From Candidatus Geothermincola primus (GTDB lineage: Bacteria > Actinomycetota > Geothermincolia > Geothermincolales > Geothermincolaceae), in assembly GCA_015711725.1 (NCBI GenBank), contig JACVIX010000001.1:1-63470 (forward strand): a stretch of DNA of 63,470 nt, read 5' to 3'. The notes beneath the pieces are model-generated. The model was given only the letters and a program-made list of their open reading frames with translations, was not told the origin of the DNA and searched no databases. The translations under genes were made by a program, and so were the position numbers. Positions 1 to 10,138 of this stretch are shown here, one piece after another; position 1 is the stretch's first letter, and the number at the start of each line of letters is the position of its first letter.

Positions 1-394
1 CAAGTACCAGGTTTAACATTGGCTCCCCAGCTCGCTATTCCCACCATGCTAAAGGAATTGCCGAAAAAACCTATTGCTTGCTCTATTAAAAGCAACTCTT
101 AAAAATGAAAATTCCCATTATAAACTTGATTTAAACTTATATAAGAAATATAAGAAATAGCGGGGTTGGGGATTCGCTCAGCTTGCTTTTACGACCTAAG
201 GATGCTCATAAGAAGTTCGATTTCTCTTCATGCTATTTTCTTTTTTAAACGGTATGAAAAGGGTTATTGGGCCGGATCTTCCATTTGAATCCGGGGTGAC
301 AAAAATTCCCATCATGAATAAACAGCGGTGATATGCCAAGAGCAGAGCGCTTATTCCTTCCATCCTATCTCGCGCTTTGGCCGATGGCGCTCAG

Positions 395-862
395 TTAAGC
401 TCTTGCTAGCTTCTTTCCCAACCTCTCCAGTTTTGCCACATCTTTCTCTTTAGCGTCCGGTCCCTTCCAGAGACTTAGGGGGGCTCCCGCCTTGACCGCT
501 ATACCAGGCAGAACTTTCGCGCCCTTTTTCTTGAGGAGCCTGCGTAGTTTTCTTACCGTGCGTTTGCCCCTAAATCCGGCATAGGCGGAAAAACATGTAG
601 CCTTCTTACCCTTCAGTTCCTTCTTGTCCAATCCTTTCAAGAATTTTTTTACTTTACGCGAGGGCTTACCGTTGCGAGTGGGAGAACCCACGGCGAAATA
701 TCGGCAATCTTTCAATTCCTCCCTGTTTACTTCCCCAATAGACTTGATAGAGGCTCTTATCCCTTTTGACTGGAGCCCTCTCGCCAAGTCCTCAGCGGCT
801 TGCTTGGTGTGGCCAGTTTTGGTGTGATAGACGATTAAGGCCAACTTCTTCTTCCCCAACAT
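395..862 (-). CDS. Flavodoxin-domain protein
   Basis: FMN-binding loop YHTKTGHT, GSPT motif, 155 aa, SD-like GGAAGGGG upstream. Confidence 0.8.
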   Translation of the reverse strand: MLGKKKLALIVYHTKTGHTKQAAEDLARGLQSKGIRASIKSIGEVNREELKDCRYFAVGSPTRNGKPSRKVKKFLKGLDKKELKGKKATCFSAYAGFRGKRTVRKLRRLLKKKGAKVLPGIAVKAGAPLSLWKGPDAKEKDVAKLERLGKKLARA

Positions 863-943
863 CTTTCCCCCTTCCGTTTATGGATTGATCAATCTCTTGA
901 AGATTCCTCAACAAGCATTGCTTTTTAAGGTCCATTCATAGGA

Positions 944-2008
944 TTACGAAGCTATAGGATCAAGTTCAATTTTTATATATCCGCTACCCGAAGATTCGAA
1001 CCCGAAGATATATTCCTGCTCTTTGAATGCCTCGAAGAGGCCCCATATCCTTCCCGCCACGATATGATCTAAGTAGGGATTGTCCACATGTATAAAGAAG
1101 GCGCCCCCCTCTTTTTTTAATTGAGAGGGTCTACCCCAGCTGCGCAATGGAAACTTGTTCAATTCCGCATCCAGGCTGGTATTTTCCTTTACCTTGGTGT
1201 ACAGGTTCTTGGCGAAGGCGCGTTCCGAGGACAGGATGATTCTTTCTATATCCTCCCCAAGCTCATCCACCAGCAACTTGACCACAGCGAAAAGTCCATT
1301 GGTGTTATGAAAGAAAGTACGATTTCCAGTTAGCTTTTCGATGATTATAGCATTCTCCATATCCCAGGAAAGGAGGCGAGACAACTCCAGGGGGGCGCCG
1401 CACTCCCCACATAATTGATACCACAGATCGCCTTCCTCCTTGCTAGGTATTCCTTTTTCCACCTCCGCCTCTATCCTCTGTTCCAATTCTGGTTCCCCCT
1501 CACCCCGTTTAAGCGTCAAGGTCAACTTGCTCTCATCCCCTTTCCACTCGGGAACGACCCTGCAGCCTTCGATGGATTCGAAGACGCCCGATGCGTCGCC
1601 CGCGAACATGGGAACATAATAAGCGTTCTTCGCTGAGATGGTGATGGTCTCTCCTTCTTGATAGTTGAGAATTTCTATCGCCCCCAGCCCCCATACCTTA
1701 CAAAGATTGAAAACTATCTCGTAGATATTTATGGCGGGCGGTAAAGATCCTCCAGTTTCCTTGAAATGCTCAAGCATGGATGATATGAAACGTAATGCGT
1801 CTTTGCGTTTTCCCTCGATAATCAAGCGGGATATATCTAATCCGGTTTGTCTGGCAATGGAGTCGAAGAGATATTTTAACTCGTCCAGGTCGTAGATAGT
1901 CCCGCGCAGGTGGGGTGGGTATTTCCCCACGATAACGCCGTTAGGTTGCCAGACATTGGTTCTTCCAATATTGGTTGGCATGCCGCATTTGGAACAGATG
2001 CCCTTCAA
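944..2008 (-). CDS. Hypothetical protein with two tandem CxxCG-P plus V4R-like units
   Basis: 354 aa ORF, SD GGAGGAG; internal duplication (CSKCGMP...WGLG...AG / CGECGAP...WGRP...AG). Confidence 0.65.
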   Translation of the reverse strand: MKGICSKCGMPTNIGRTNVWQPNGVIVGKYPPHLRGTIYDLDELKYLFDSIARQTGLDISRLIIEGKRKDALRFISSMLEHFKETGGSLPPAINIYEIVFNLCKVWGLGAIEILNYQEGETITISAKNAYYVPMFAGDASGVFESIEGCRVVPEWKGDESKLTLTLKRGEGEPELEQRIEAEVEKGIPSKEEGDLWYQLCGECGAPLELSRLLSWDMENAIIIEKLTGNRTFFHNTNGLFAVVKLLVDELGEDIERIILSSERAFAKNLYTKVKENTSLDAELNKFPLRSWGRPSQLKKEGGAFFIHVDNPYLDHIVAGRIWGLFEAFKEQEYIFGFESSGSGYIKIELDPIAS

Positions 2009-2465
2009 TTCCCTCTCCTCCAGTTTAGTACGCCGCTCCCTTTCAACTTAAAAATATCTTGGGGCAAGAAGCCACTAAAACATTAAGTCTATTTTGAAAG
2101 TAGAATATATCTCCCTCCTGATATGCGTAATTGCTTTGTAATTATTTATTTCACCCATTTAAACCATTTAAACGTATTTAAAATCTCAACGTGATTACAT
2201 AATGTATCCTTTTCGATTTAGTCCGTTCGGAAGCGCTAATGGTTAGACGTGTATGGCAGAGATTGTCTTAAGCTGGAGGCGTTATTCTCGATTGTTGAAA
2301 AAAACCGATCCTAAGTTGGAAAACCTGGAGTGAAGCGACCGCCAATAATTGTCGATACAAACATAGGATGGCAAATAAATCGTGAAAAGAGGAATAGGCA
2401 AAATTCACAACGTATATTTATTAGAAAGATTACGAAAACATCCGGTAATCCAGGGAGGAAGGCCT

Positions 2466-4538
2466 ATGCTCCAAGTAAAAAATGGAAATTTTTTCAAATA
2501 TTCAATTGCGATAATAGCGTTGGTAGCGCTATCATTCTTTCTTTCTCCGCCTGTTGCCATCTTTCCGTCGCCAGCAAGTCCCACGGGCTCATTGGCTCCC
2601 GAAGGGCTGCAGACGATCAAGCGTCCTCAAGACGCCGGCAAGAGGATCGCTTTGACCTGGAAGGCGGATCCCCAGACCTTCGGATATCGGGTATATAGAT
2701 CTGAAAATGAGGAAGGACCCTATGAGGCTATTGGAGGTAAGGCTGGAAACTCCATGCAAGACCTGCCCATTTTTTTAGATGAGAACGTAGAGGGCGGGAA
2801 GACATATTATTATCGGGTAGCGGTGGTTGATGAGGAATGGAATGAAGGACCCTTATGCGATCCTATCTCCGCTGAGCTGGACACGTCGGTGGTGGTTGCG
2901 GCAGGACCGAAAAGCATGACCATCTCCCTGCCCGAGCAGCGCATATACTTCTACGAAGGGGGACAGCTGATAAATATTTTGCGCTGTTCCACCGGGCTCT
3001 ACAACGCCACTCCCACTGGCTATTTCCGCATCCTTAACCATCTGGGAACCCACGGAGGGGTGGGGGGAGCGGTATGCGATTATTGGATGAGTTTTACCCC
3101 GAAACATGGGATACATGCCTGGCCAAAGACTTCCAAAGGTTATGAGCAGGGGCTGGGGGCTCCCGCGTCTCATGGTTGTGTTCGTCTGCATCCTCTGGAG
3201 GCTTACTGGCCTTATTATTGGGCTCCCGATGGCACCCCTTTGACCATTATAGGATACCGGATTTCTAATTATGTGATCTCGGGATGTCACGATTCCATTG
3301 GTTCTTCGACGTTATCCCAGGACTGGTATTTCGCTGAGGGATTCACGGTGGGCGCTTTCGAGACCTATATTCTTATGAATAATCCCGGCGATTCAAGCGT
3401 TCATGCTGACGTCAATTTTTTCTTAGAAGGAGGCGGGATAGTAACTCAGGGAGTCTGGATAGGTCCCCATTCCCGTTACACCCTGACGGTTGATGCTATT
3501 CCTCAGTTGGCGTGGAACGCCTTCTCCACCCATATTCATGCAGACGCCCCCATAGTGGCGGAAAGAGCTATGTATTTCGTCTACGGCGATAAGTCGGATG
3601 GAAGCTCCACTATCGGCTCTCCTACTCTTTCTCAGGACTGGTTCTTCGCGGAGGGATACACAGGAGGGGAGTTCGATACCTTTCTCACCCTGGCTAATCC
3701 TGGGGATACCGGCACAGATGTAACGGTGACCTTCATGTTAGAAAGTGGCCAGATCGTAACTTACAATTGCTGGATCGCTCCTTTTTCCCGTTATACCATC
3801 GGAGTGGATGGCATACCCGGAATGGCAAACGCGGCGTTTGCCACCCAGTTGCATGCTGAGGACGCCCCCATCGTGGCGGAAAGATCTGTATATTTTCGCA
3901 AACTCTATATAAAAGGGGGGCATACTTCGTTAGGCTCAACCACGCTCTCCGACTGGTGGTTTTTCGCCGAAGGATGTACAAGGCCTTTCTTCCAGAGCTA
4001 CCTAGTTTTAGGCAATCCGGACAACAATTCGGCAGCCGTTGACGTGGTATTTTATCTGCAGGAAACGTGTTTGATGTACAGTTACACCATAAATCCTCAC
4101 TCCCGGCTTACCCTGGACGTTAACTGGTTGCCCTATCTTTATGGTAGGGATATAGCTTTCGCCATCCATGCCAACCGCCCTATCGTTGCCGAGCGTGCCG
4201 TCTATTATGACCTGGATAGTCATCGGGGCGGATCGGCATCCATCGGCTCGACTATCTCTTCAAATACCTGGTATTTCGCCGAAGGATACACGGGAGATGC
4301 TTTTGATGCCTATCTCTGCATCGCCAATACCGATGTGGTCGTTGCCAATGTCCAGGTGAGGTTTCAGAGAAGCGACGGCGCTGTTTTCGACTATTTTTAC
4401 CAGATCATTCCTCAAAGAAGATTCACCATAGGGATTGATGGCCTCCCAGGTTTGGGTTCCGCCAGCTTCTCCATGACAGTGATATCAGACGTGCCCATAG
4501 TGGCAGAAAGGGAGATGTATTTCGTGATGACTCGATGA
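2466..4538 (+). CDS. Secreted L,D-transpeptidase (YkuD) with FN3 domain and four DUF5719-type repeats
   Basis: Signal-peptide-like N-terminus, FN3-like GYRVYRS...YYYRV, catalytic GIHA...SHGCVRL, four W[YF]FAEG...VAER repeats; start moved from 2382 to ATG 2466 (SD GGGAGG). Confidence 0.85.
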   Translation: MLQVKNGNFFKYSIAIIALVALSFFLSPPVAIFPSPASPTGSLAPEGLQTIKRPQDAGKRIALTWKADPQTFGYRVYRSENEEGPYEAIGGKAGNSMQDLPIFLDENVEGGKTYYYRVAVVDEEWNEGPLCDPISAELDTSVVVAAGPKSMTISLPEQRIYFYEGGQLINILRCSTGLYNATPTGYFRILNHLGTHGGVGGAVCDYWMSFTPKHGIHAWPKTSKGYEQGLGAPASHGCVRLHPLEAYWPYYWAPDGTPLTIIGYRISNYVISGCHDSIGSSTLSQDWYFAEGFTVGAFETYILMNNPGDSSVHADVNFFLEGGGIVTQGVWIGPHSRYTLTVDAIPQLAWNAFSTHIHADAPIVAERAMYFVYGDKSDGSSTIGSPTLSQDWFFAEGYTGGEFDTFLTLANPGDTGTDVTVTFMLESGQIVTYNCWIAPFSRYTIGVDGIPGMANAAFATQLHAEDAPIVAERSVYFRKLYIKGGHTSLGSTTLSDWWFFAEGCTRPFFQSYLVLGNPDNNSAAVDVVFYLQETCLMYSYTINPHSRLTLDVNWLPYLYGRDIAFAIHANRPIVAERAVYYDLDSHRGGSASIGSTISSNTWYFAEGYTGDAFDAYLCIANTDVVVANVQVRFQRSDGAVFDYFYQIIPQRRFTIGIDGLPGLGSASFSMTVISDVPIVAEREMYFVMTR

Positions 4539-4557
4539 ATATGGTGGTGGGACTAAA

Positions 4558-5625
4558 TCAGGTTCCACCAACCCTGGCCGAATTTTCCTTCACGTGATAT
4601 CGGTTCAAGGCTTCTTCGTACAACGCCAGATATTCCCGGGCCATCCTTTCAGGACTGAATCTCTCCAGGGCCACTCTCCTGCACACTTCCGGATCTATCT
4701 CGTCGATTCTCTCCAGATACTGGGGTATCTCTTCCAGGGTGTCCGCAAGAAAACCGGTTACGCCGTGCTCTATCACTTCCGGCGCCGCGCCGAAGCGTGT
4801 GGTTATCACCGGGGTTCCGCAAGCGAGAGATTCCGCCATCACTAGGCCGAAAGGCTCTTCCCACTGAATGGGGAAGAGGAACGCTCTGGCGCGGGAAAAA
4901 AGTTCCAGTTTCCTCTTTTGGCTTACCTCCCCCAGATACACGATGTCTTTGCCATCGAGATATGGTGTGAGCACTTCATGAAAGTATCGTTCGTCTCTTC
5001 CCGGGTCGATTTTTCCCGCGATTAATAATCGGTACCCCTTTTCTTTGGCGATACGAGCGGCGTGATGCGTCCCTTTGTCGGCGCATATCCGGCTGACGTA
5101 TACTAGGTAATCTTCCTTCTCATCGCTGGGTAGGTATTCCTGAATATCGATAGCATTGTGTACAACTCCCAGATAATTTAAATGGGGACAGCGGGTCATC
5201 TGATAATGGCTAATAGTAACGTAAAAGGCGTCTTGAGAGAATGCGTTGTAGAAAAGCTTTGCCTCGGGGGTGAGGGGGCCGTGAAGGGTGTGAACCAGTG
5301 GGATATCCAGGAGTGATGCGAAGGCGACTCCGATATATCCTGAATGGTCATGTACCAAGTCAAAATTGCCATCCTCCTTTATATAACGGAAGGATTTACC
5401 CACGTGGTACGCGTCATATAAAGTCTCACCTATCTTCTTTTCCGGTGCCTCCTGAAAAAAGATCACCTGTTCCGCTCGGGTGTTGGATGGTCCGCTAGCG
5501 AAGAGAGTTACCTGGTTTCCCAGGTTGACGAGCTCATCCACCAGGAGTTTGAGCATCCTTTCTATTCCACCATAACCCTGAGGAGGAACAGGTATCCACA
5601 CCGGTGCGATCATTGCTATTCTCAT
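4558..5625 (-). CDS. Glycosyltransferase family 4 protein
   Basis: MRIAMIAP...YGGIER N-terminus; EPFGLVMAE (EX7E) motif. Confidence 0.9.
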   Translation of the reverse strand: MRIAMIAPVWIPVPPQGYGGIERMLKLLVDELVNLGNQVTLFASGPSNTRAEQVIFFQEAPEKKIGETLYDAYHVGKSFRYIKEDGNFDLVHDHSGYIGVAFASLLDIPLVHTLHGPLTPEAKLFYNAFSQDAFYVTISHYQMTRCPHLNYLGVVHNAIDIQEYLPSDEKEDYLVYVSRICADKGTHHAARIAKEKGYRLLIAGKIDPGRDERYFHEVLTPYLDGKDIVYLGEVSQKRKLELFSRARAFLFPIQWEEPFGLVMAESLACGTPVITTRFGAAPEVIEHGVTGFLADTLEEIPQYLERIDEIDPEVCRRVALERFSPERMAREYLALYEEALNRYHVKENSARVGGT

Positions 5626-6073
5626 CGTAAGCAGTCAACCTCCTCACATGAAAATATGGAAATGGTTATTTCTATCATCTAAACACCGAATGCAGAAAAT
5701 AGTTACATTTTGTAAATTGTATGAGTGAATTTTAATGTATATAGTTAATTACGTAATCTGGTGTTCCGGAGAAATTATTTAATAAGATTCAATAAACATT
5801 ATATATCTATAAGAGGTAGTGTTCAAATATTTTGTTCCATCGGAATCTTTAATCGTTTATCGAGGGCTTAAGTTAACTTTGAAAAACAAGAACAGGGATA
5901 TATCGTCTAAGCCTAGGGAAATTTACCATAAATTCGTGGGGAAATACGTCTTATCCTTGCCATGACATGTAGGTAGAATTGGAATAAAGACAAAAGGGTC
6001 TTAATCCGAGGATGTCTATACCGATGATTCATGAAGAAGTGAAAAAGTATGGCGTTTGAATGGAGTAAGCTAT

Positions 6074-9000
6074 ATGGGAAACTGTGTTGCTGATTTTCCC
6101 CTGATTAGAAGACATGCATACAAAGTAATAATATTTGATTGGGATGGGACCGCGGTGAAAGACAGGGCTTCTGACGCGTCAGAGATAATCTCCGTCCTAG
6201 AAGAGCTGCTTAAACTAGAGACTTACATCGTGGTTATAACTGGAACCAATCTAAATAACATTGACCGTCAGTTCTCCTCTAAGATCAACGGCCCCCATAA
6301 AAGGAACCTATTTATCTGTGCCAATAGGGGCTCGGAGGTCTTTGGCTTCGACCAGTATTCCAAGCCGGTGATCCATTTTAGAAGGGAAGCAGAAGAGGAA
6401 GAGAATGAGCTGTTGGACAAGGTGGCGGAGGCAGTGAAGAAGGATATCGAGGACAGGTCAAATGTCTCCATCGATATTGTCTACCAGCGCCTGAATCGCA
6501 GGAAGATCGACCTGATACCGGAATGGGAAGATCCCCCTAAATCAAGAATAGGCGAGCTGATTCAGGCTACGGAGGAGCGTTTGAAGCGAGGTGGACTGGA
6601 AGGGGGCATCAGGGAAGCATTTACGCTGGCAGAGCGTTACGCCAGGGAGTTTGGTTTGAAAGACGCGCGAATCACCAGCGATGTAAAACACGTGGAGGTG
6701 GGGCTTACTGATAAATCCGATTCCATGAGATGGATTTTGCATGAACTAGTCGCTAGATCCAACACGCCCTACTCCGATGTGCTGGTGATAGGCGACGAGT
6801 TTGGACCCGTGGCGGGGTTCGAAGGGAGCGATTTCCGCATGGTGGTTTCGGAGGCTCCCGGAATTACCTATCTTTCAGTGGGAAAAGAACCCAATGGGGT
6901 TCCCCCGCAGGTTCTCCATCTAGGAGGCGGTCCATCCTGCTTTATCCAGTTGATGAGGGAACAGGTGGCATTGCTGAGGAAAATGAATCCATCTGAGGAT
7001 GACACGCTCACCTTAGTAGAGGTGGGCTATAACCCAGTCCGTGAAAGAGAAATCGAATCCTATTTCACGGTGGGGAATGGTTATTTAGGAACCCGGGGCT
7101 CTTTACCGGAGCAGGAAAAAGCCTCTACACCGGCCACTTTGGTGGCGGGGGTTTACGATCGCGTAAGCCCCAATGCCATCGAGGAATTAGTTGTTTTCCC
7201 AGATTGGCTTTACACCCGTATTTATGTGGACGGCGAAATGTTGGAATTGAAACGGAGAAATATCGTGGAACATCGCAGGGTCCTGGACATGAGCAAGGGG
7301 GTAGTCTATCGTGAGTGGCTCCATGAGGATATAACCGACCGCTTAACTTTGGTGAAGTTTCAGCATTTTGCCTCTCTCGCCGACCAGCATGCCCTTGTTA
7401 TGAGAATAACGGTTGTGCCAAAGAATTACAAAGGAGAAATAAGGGTTGAAACCGGCTTAAAGATGGATCATGGGAAAAGCCCCAGCTTGCAAGGGGTTGA
7501 AATGATAGTGGACGAGGATGAAGGTTGGGTTATGATAAAAGGGAAGACTATATTCACAGGGTTCGAGGCGGCGCAAGCTCAAAAAAGCAAGGTAGCTGAA
7601 GGATATATAAAACCTGTTTACCAAGCCAGGAAAGGCGAGAACCTGGTTGAGGAAGAGTGGAGATGGATCGGCGGTATGGGGCAAGCGGTAACCATCGAGA
7701 AATACGTGAGCGTCTTCACCTCCAATGATGCCCAAGATGTAGAGAAGGAAGCATTAAAGAAGGTGAAAGAAATATCGCAGCTCGGTTACGAGGAGTTATT
7801 CCTTCGCCATATGGATGCTTGGGCGGAAAGATGGAGTAGATCATTCGTTCAAATAACAGGGGACAAGGACGCCCAGAAATGGATAAACTTCGCCATCTAT
7901 CACCTGATCAGCGCGGGCAATCCGCGGAACGAAAGGGTGTCAATAGGGGCAAGGGCGCTCACTGGAATGGTCTATAAGGGACATATCTTCTGGGATTCGG
8001 AGATTTACATTCTGCCCTTCTTCATCTACACACATCCCTCAACCGCCCATGATATGCTCATGTATCGTTATCATACTCTGCCCGCCGCCCGGCAGCGGGC
8101 CAAGGAGTATGGTTACCAGGGAGCACTTTACGCTTGGGAATCGGCTACCACGGGAGAGGATATGACGCCTCCGGCGGCACTAGCCCCCACCGGGGAGGTT
8201 ATCCCCATCAATTCCGGAAAACTTGAGCATCATATCAACGCTGCCATCGCTCATGGGGTTTGGTCCTACTGGAATTCCACTGGCGATACCGACTTTTTTA
8301 TTAAGGCGGCGGTGGAGATATTGGTGGAGACCGCACGTTTCTGGAAGAGCAGGGTGATCCGCGATGGGGAATTTTATCACATCTATGACGTGGAGGGCCC
8401 CGATGAGTTCCATGAAGGGGTAAACGATAACTTTTATACCAATGCGATGGCGGCATGGAATCTCCGCAAGGCCGTAGAGGCGGTGAACCGCCTGAAAGAA
8501 TATCACCCGCATGAGTTCCTCATGCTGGCGGATAAGATATCCTTGAATCTGGGCGAGCTCGAGGAATGGAAAGATGTAGCGGACCATATTTACCTGGACA
8601 TGAGTAGAGAAGACGGTATAATCGAGCAGTTCGCGGGATTCTTTGACCTGCAGGAGATAGACGTTAGCTGGTACGAACCACGCACTGCACCAGTGGACGT
8701 GATCCTGGGAAGGGAGAATGTTGCCCAAATTCAGTTGGTTAAGCAAGCGGATGTGGTCCTGGCCCTCTATTTACTTGAGGATTCGTTCTCCCGGGATGTC
8801 ATCGAAAAGAATTTCATATATTACGACATACGCACCAGCCACTCAAGCTCCCTCTCTCCCAGTATTTACGGATTGGTAGCCGCCCGTCTGGGTCTCATGA
8901 GCGCGGCTATGCGCTATTTCCGCCGGGCTGGGCAGATCGATTTAGCGGATAATATGGGCAATGCCGCCGGGGGAGTACATGCCGCAGCCCTGGGAGGTCT

Positions 9001-9292
9001 ATGGCAACAGATAGTCATGGGGTTCGCCGGTTTGAGAACGGACGATCAGGGTATATGGTTTTATCCTTGTCTTCCCTCGAAATGGAAAAGGCTCAGGTTT
9101 TTTCTCATGTGGAGGGGTTTAGTTTTGAAAGTAGATATTCAAAGGAGGAAGAAGATCCACCTTGATCTGGAAGGGAAGGGCTCGATAAACGCTGGAATTT
9201 TTGGCAAGCCGTCACAAGTGATGGAGGGGGGAAAGGTATATATTTCTACCTGGAAGGGTAACACATGGAATGAATTTACTGTCAGGGAGTGA
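6074..9292 (+). CDS. HAD-superfamily phosphatase fused to a GH65 disaccharide phosphorylase (trehalose/kojibiose/maltose phosphorylase family)
   Basis: N-terminal FDWDGT HAD motif and GD motif; GH65 motifs GNGYLGTRG, YKGHIFWDSE, GPDEFH, KQADV, HSSSLS; ORF opens at 6056, ATG 6074 has SD GGAG. Confidence 0.85.
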   Translation: MGNCVADFPLIRRHAYKVIIFDWDGTAVKDRASDASEIISVLEELLKLETYIVVITGTNLNNIDRQFSSKINGPHKRNLFICANRGSEVFGFDQYSKPVIHFRREAEEEENELLDKVAEAVKKDIEDRSNVSIDIVYQRLNRRKIDLIPEWEDPPKSRIGELIQATEERLKRGGLEGGIREAFTLAERYAREFGLKDARITSDVKHVEVGLTDKSDSMRWILHELVARSNTPYSDVLVIGDEFGPVAGFEGSDFRMVVSEAPGITYLSVGKEPNGVPPQVLHLGGGPSCFIQLMREQVALLRKMNPSEDDTLTLVEVGYNPVREREIESYFTVGNGYLGTRGSLPEQEKASTPATLVAGVYDRVSPNAIEELVVFPDWLYTRIYVDGEMLELKRRNIVEHRRVLDMSKGVVYREWLHEDITDRLTLVKFQHFASLADQHALVMRITVVPKNYKGEIRVETGLKMDHGKSPSLQGVEMIVDEDEGWVMIKGKTIFTGFEAAQAQKSKVAEGYIKPVYQARKGENLVEEEWRWIGGMGQAVTIEKYVSVFTSNDAQDVEKEALKKVKEISQLGYEELFLRHMDAWAERWSRSFVQITGDKDAQKWINFAIYHLISAGNPRNERVSIGARALTGMVYKGHIFWDSEIYILPFFIYTHPSTAHDMLMYRYHTLPAARQRAKEYGYQGALYAWESATTGEDMTPPAALAPTGEVIPINSGKLEHHINAAIAHGVWSYWNSTGDTDFFIKAAVEILVETARFWKSRVIRDGEFYHIYDVEGPDEFHEGVNDNFYTNAMAAWNLRKAVEAVNRLKEYHPHEFLMLADKISLNLGELEEWKDVADHIYLDMSREDGIIEQFAGFFDLQEIDVSWYEPRTAPVDVILGRENVAQIQLVKQADVVLALYLLEDSFSRDVIEKNFIYYDIRTSHSSSLSPSIYGLVAARLGLMSAAMRYFRRAGQIDLADNMGNAAGGVHAAALGGLWQQIVMGFAGLRTDDQGIWFYPCLPSKWKRLRFFLMWRGLVLKVDIQRRKKIHLDLEGKGSINAGIFGKPSQVMEGGKVYISTWKGNTWNEFTVRE

Positions 9293-9298
9293 GATGGT

Positions 9299-10138
9299 AT
9301 GAACGAGGTGAGGATGCCCGCTGTGGTTATTCCACTCGATGGTTCCGAGGCTTCCTCCAAGGCATTAGGTGCCGCTGAGGCGATAAGCAGAATTATGGGA
9401 GCCGCTCTGCATATTGTGCATGTAACCGACAGGAGAATTCCCGAGAGCCAGATAGCCAAGCGCTTGCATATCGAGGAGCTTGACTTAGAAAAATACGCTC
9501 TACATCAATTGCAAGGAGAAGTAGTGGAATCAATACTAGAACTGTCCTCCAGCCTAGACGCGAAGATGATCGTCATGTCTGGACAGGGAGAAACCAATAA
9601 TCCCGAACATCTGGCTGGAAGAACCGCTTTAAGCTTGATGCAGCACACCTCCATCCCCATCATGGTCATTCGCTCGGGGATGAAGCGTCATCCCGATAAG
9701 GGGTGGAAACCAATGAAGATGTTGGTTCCCTTGGACGGGTCTCCCATTGCGGCCTGCGTGATGAACCAAGTTTTTAGTCTTGCGGAGATAATGGGAACCG
9801 ACATTGATATTCTGCACATCGCGATGCTGGGTAAAAAGCCCCCCATGGACATCGGAACTTTAACAGGGCCCAGATACCTTGATTATCCCCAATATGACTG
9901 GCCCGCTTGGGTGGATGAGTTTTTGAACCGGTTCTACGCCTACCTCAAGCCCGAGGCTAAGATGAGGTTATTCTACCGGGAAGGAGACCCGGCGGCGGTG
10001 ACCTTGGAGTTCGCATATGAAAATGAGGAAGATATCATCGCATTGAGCTGGAGGGGCCAGTTGAAGGAAAAGATGGCTGGAACCGTGAAAGGTATTTTGC
10101 GCAAGACCGAACTGCCAGTCCTGCTTATAAGAATTTAG
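9299..10138 (+). CDS. Universal stress protein (two Usp domains)
   Basis: Two PLDGS motifs, each domain ending in P[IV]xVI/PVLLI; 6 bp after the GH65 gene. Confidence 0.85.
   Translation: MNEVRMPAVVIPLDGSEASSKALGAAEAISRIMGAALHIVHVTDRRIPESQIAKRLHIEELDLEKYALHQLQGEVVESILELSSSLDAKMIVMSGQGETNNPEHLAGRTALSLMQHTSIPIMVIRSGMKRHPDKGWKPMKMLVPLDGSPIAACVMNQVFSLAEIMGTDIDILHIAMLGKKPPMDIGTLTGPRYLDYPQYDWPAWVDEFLNRFYAYLKPEAKMRLFYREGDPAAVTLEFAYENEEDIIALSWRGQLKEKMAGTVKGILRKTELPVLLIRI

Noticed and set aside
2331..2358. Sigma28/WhiG-like promoter TGAAG-N15-GTCGATA (weaker ones near 6020 and 36085)
   Set aside because: Too degenerate to call without knowing the sigma-factor set
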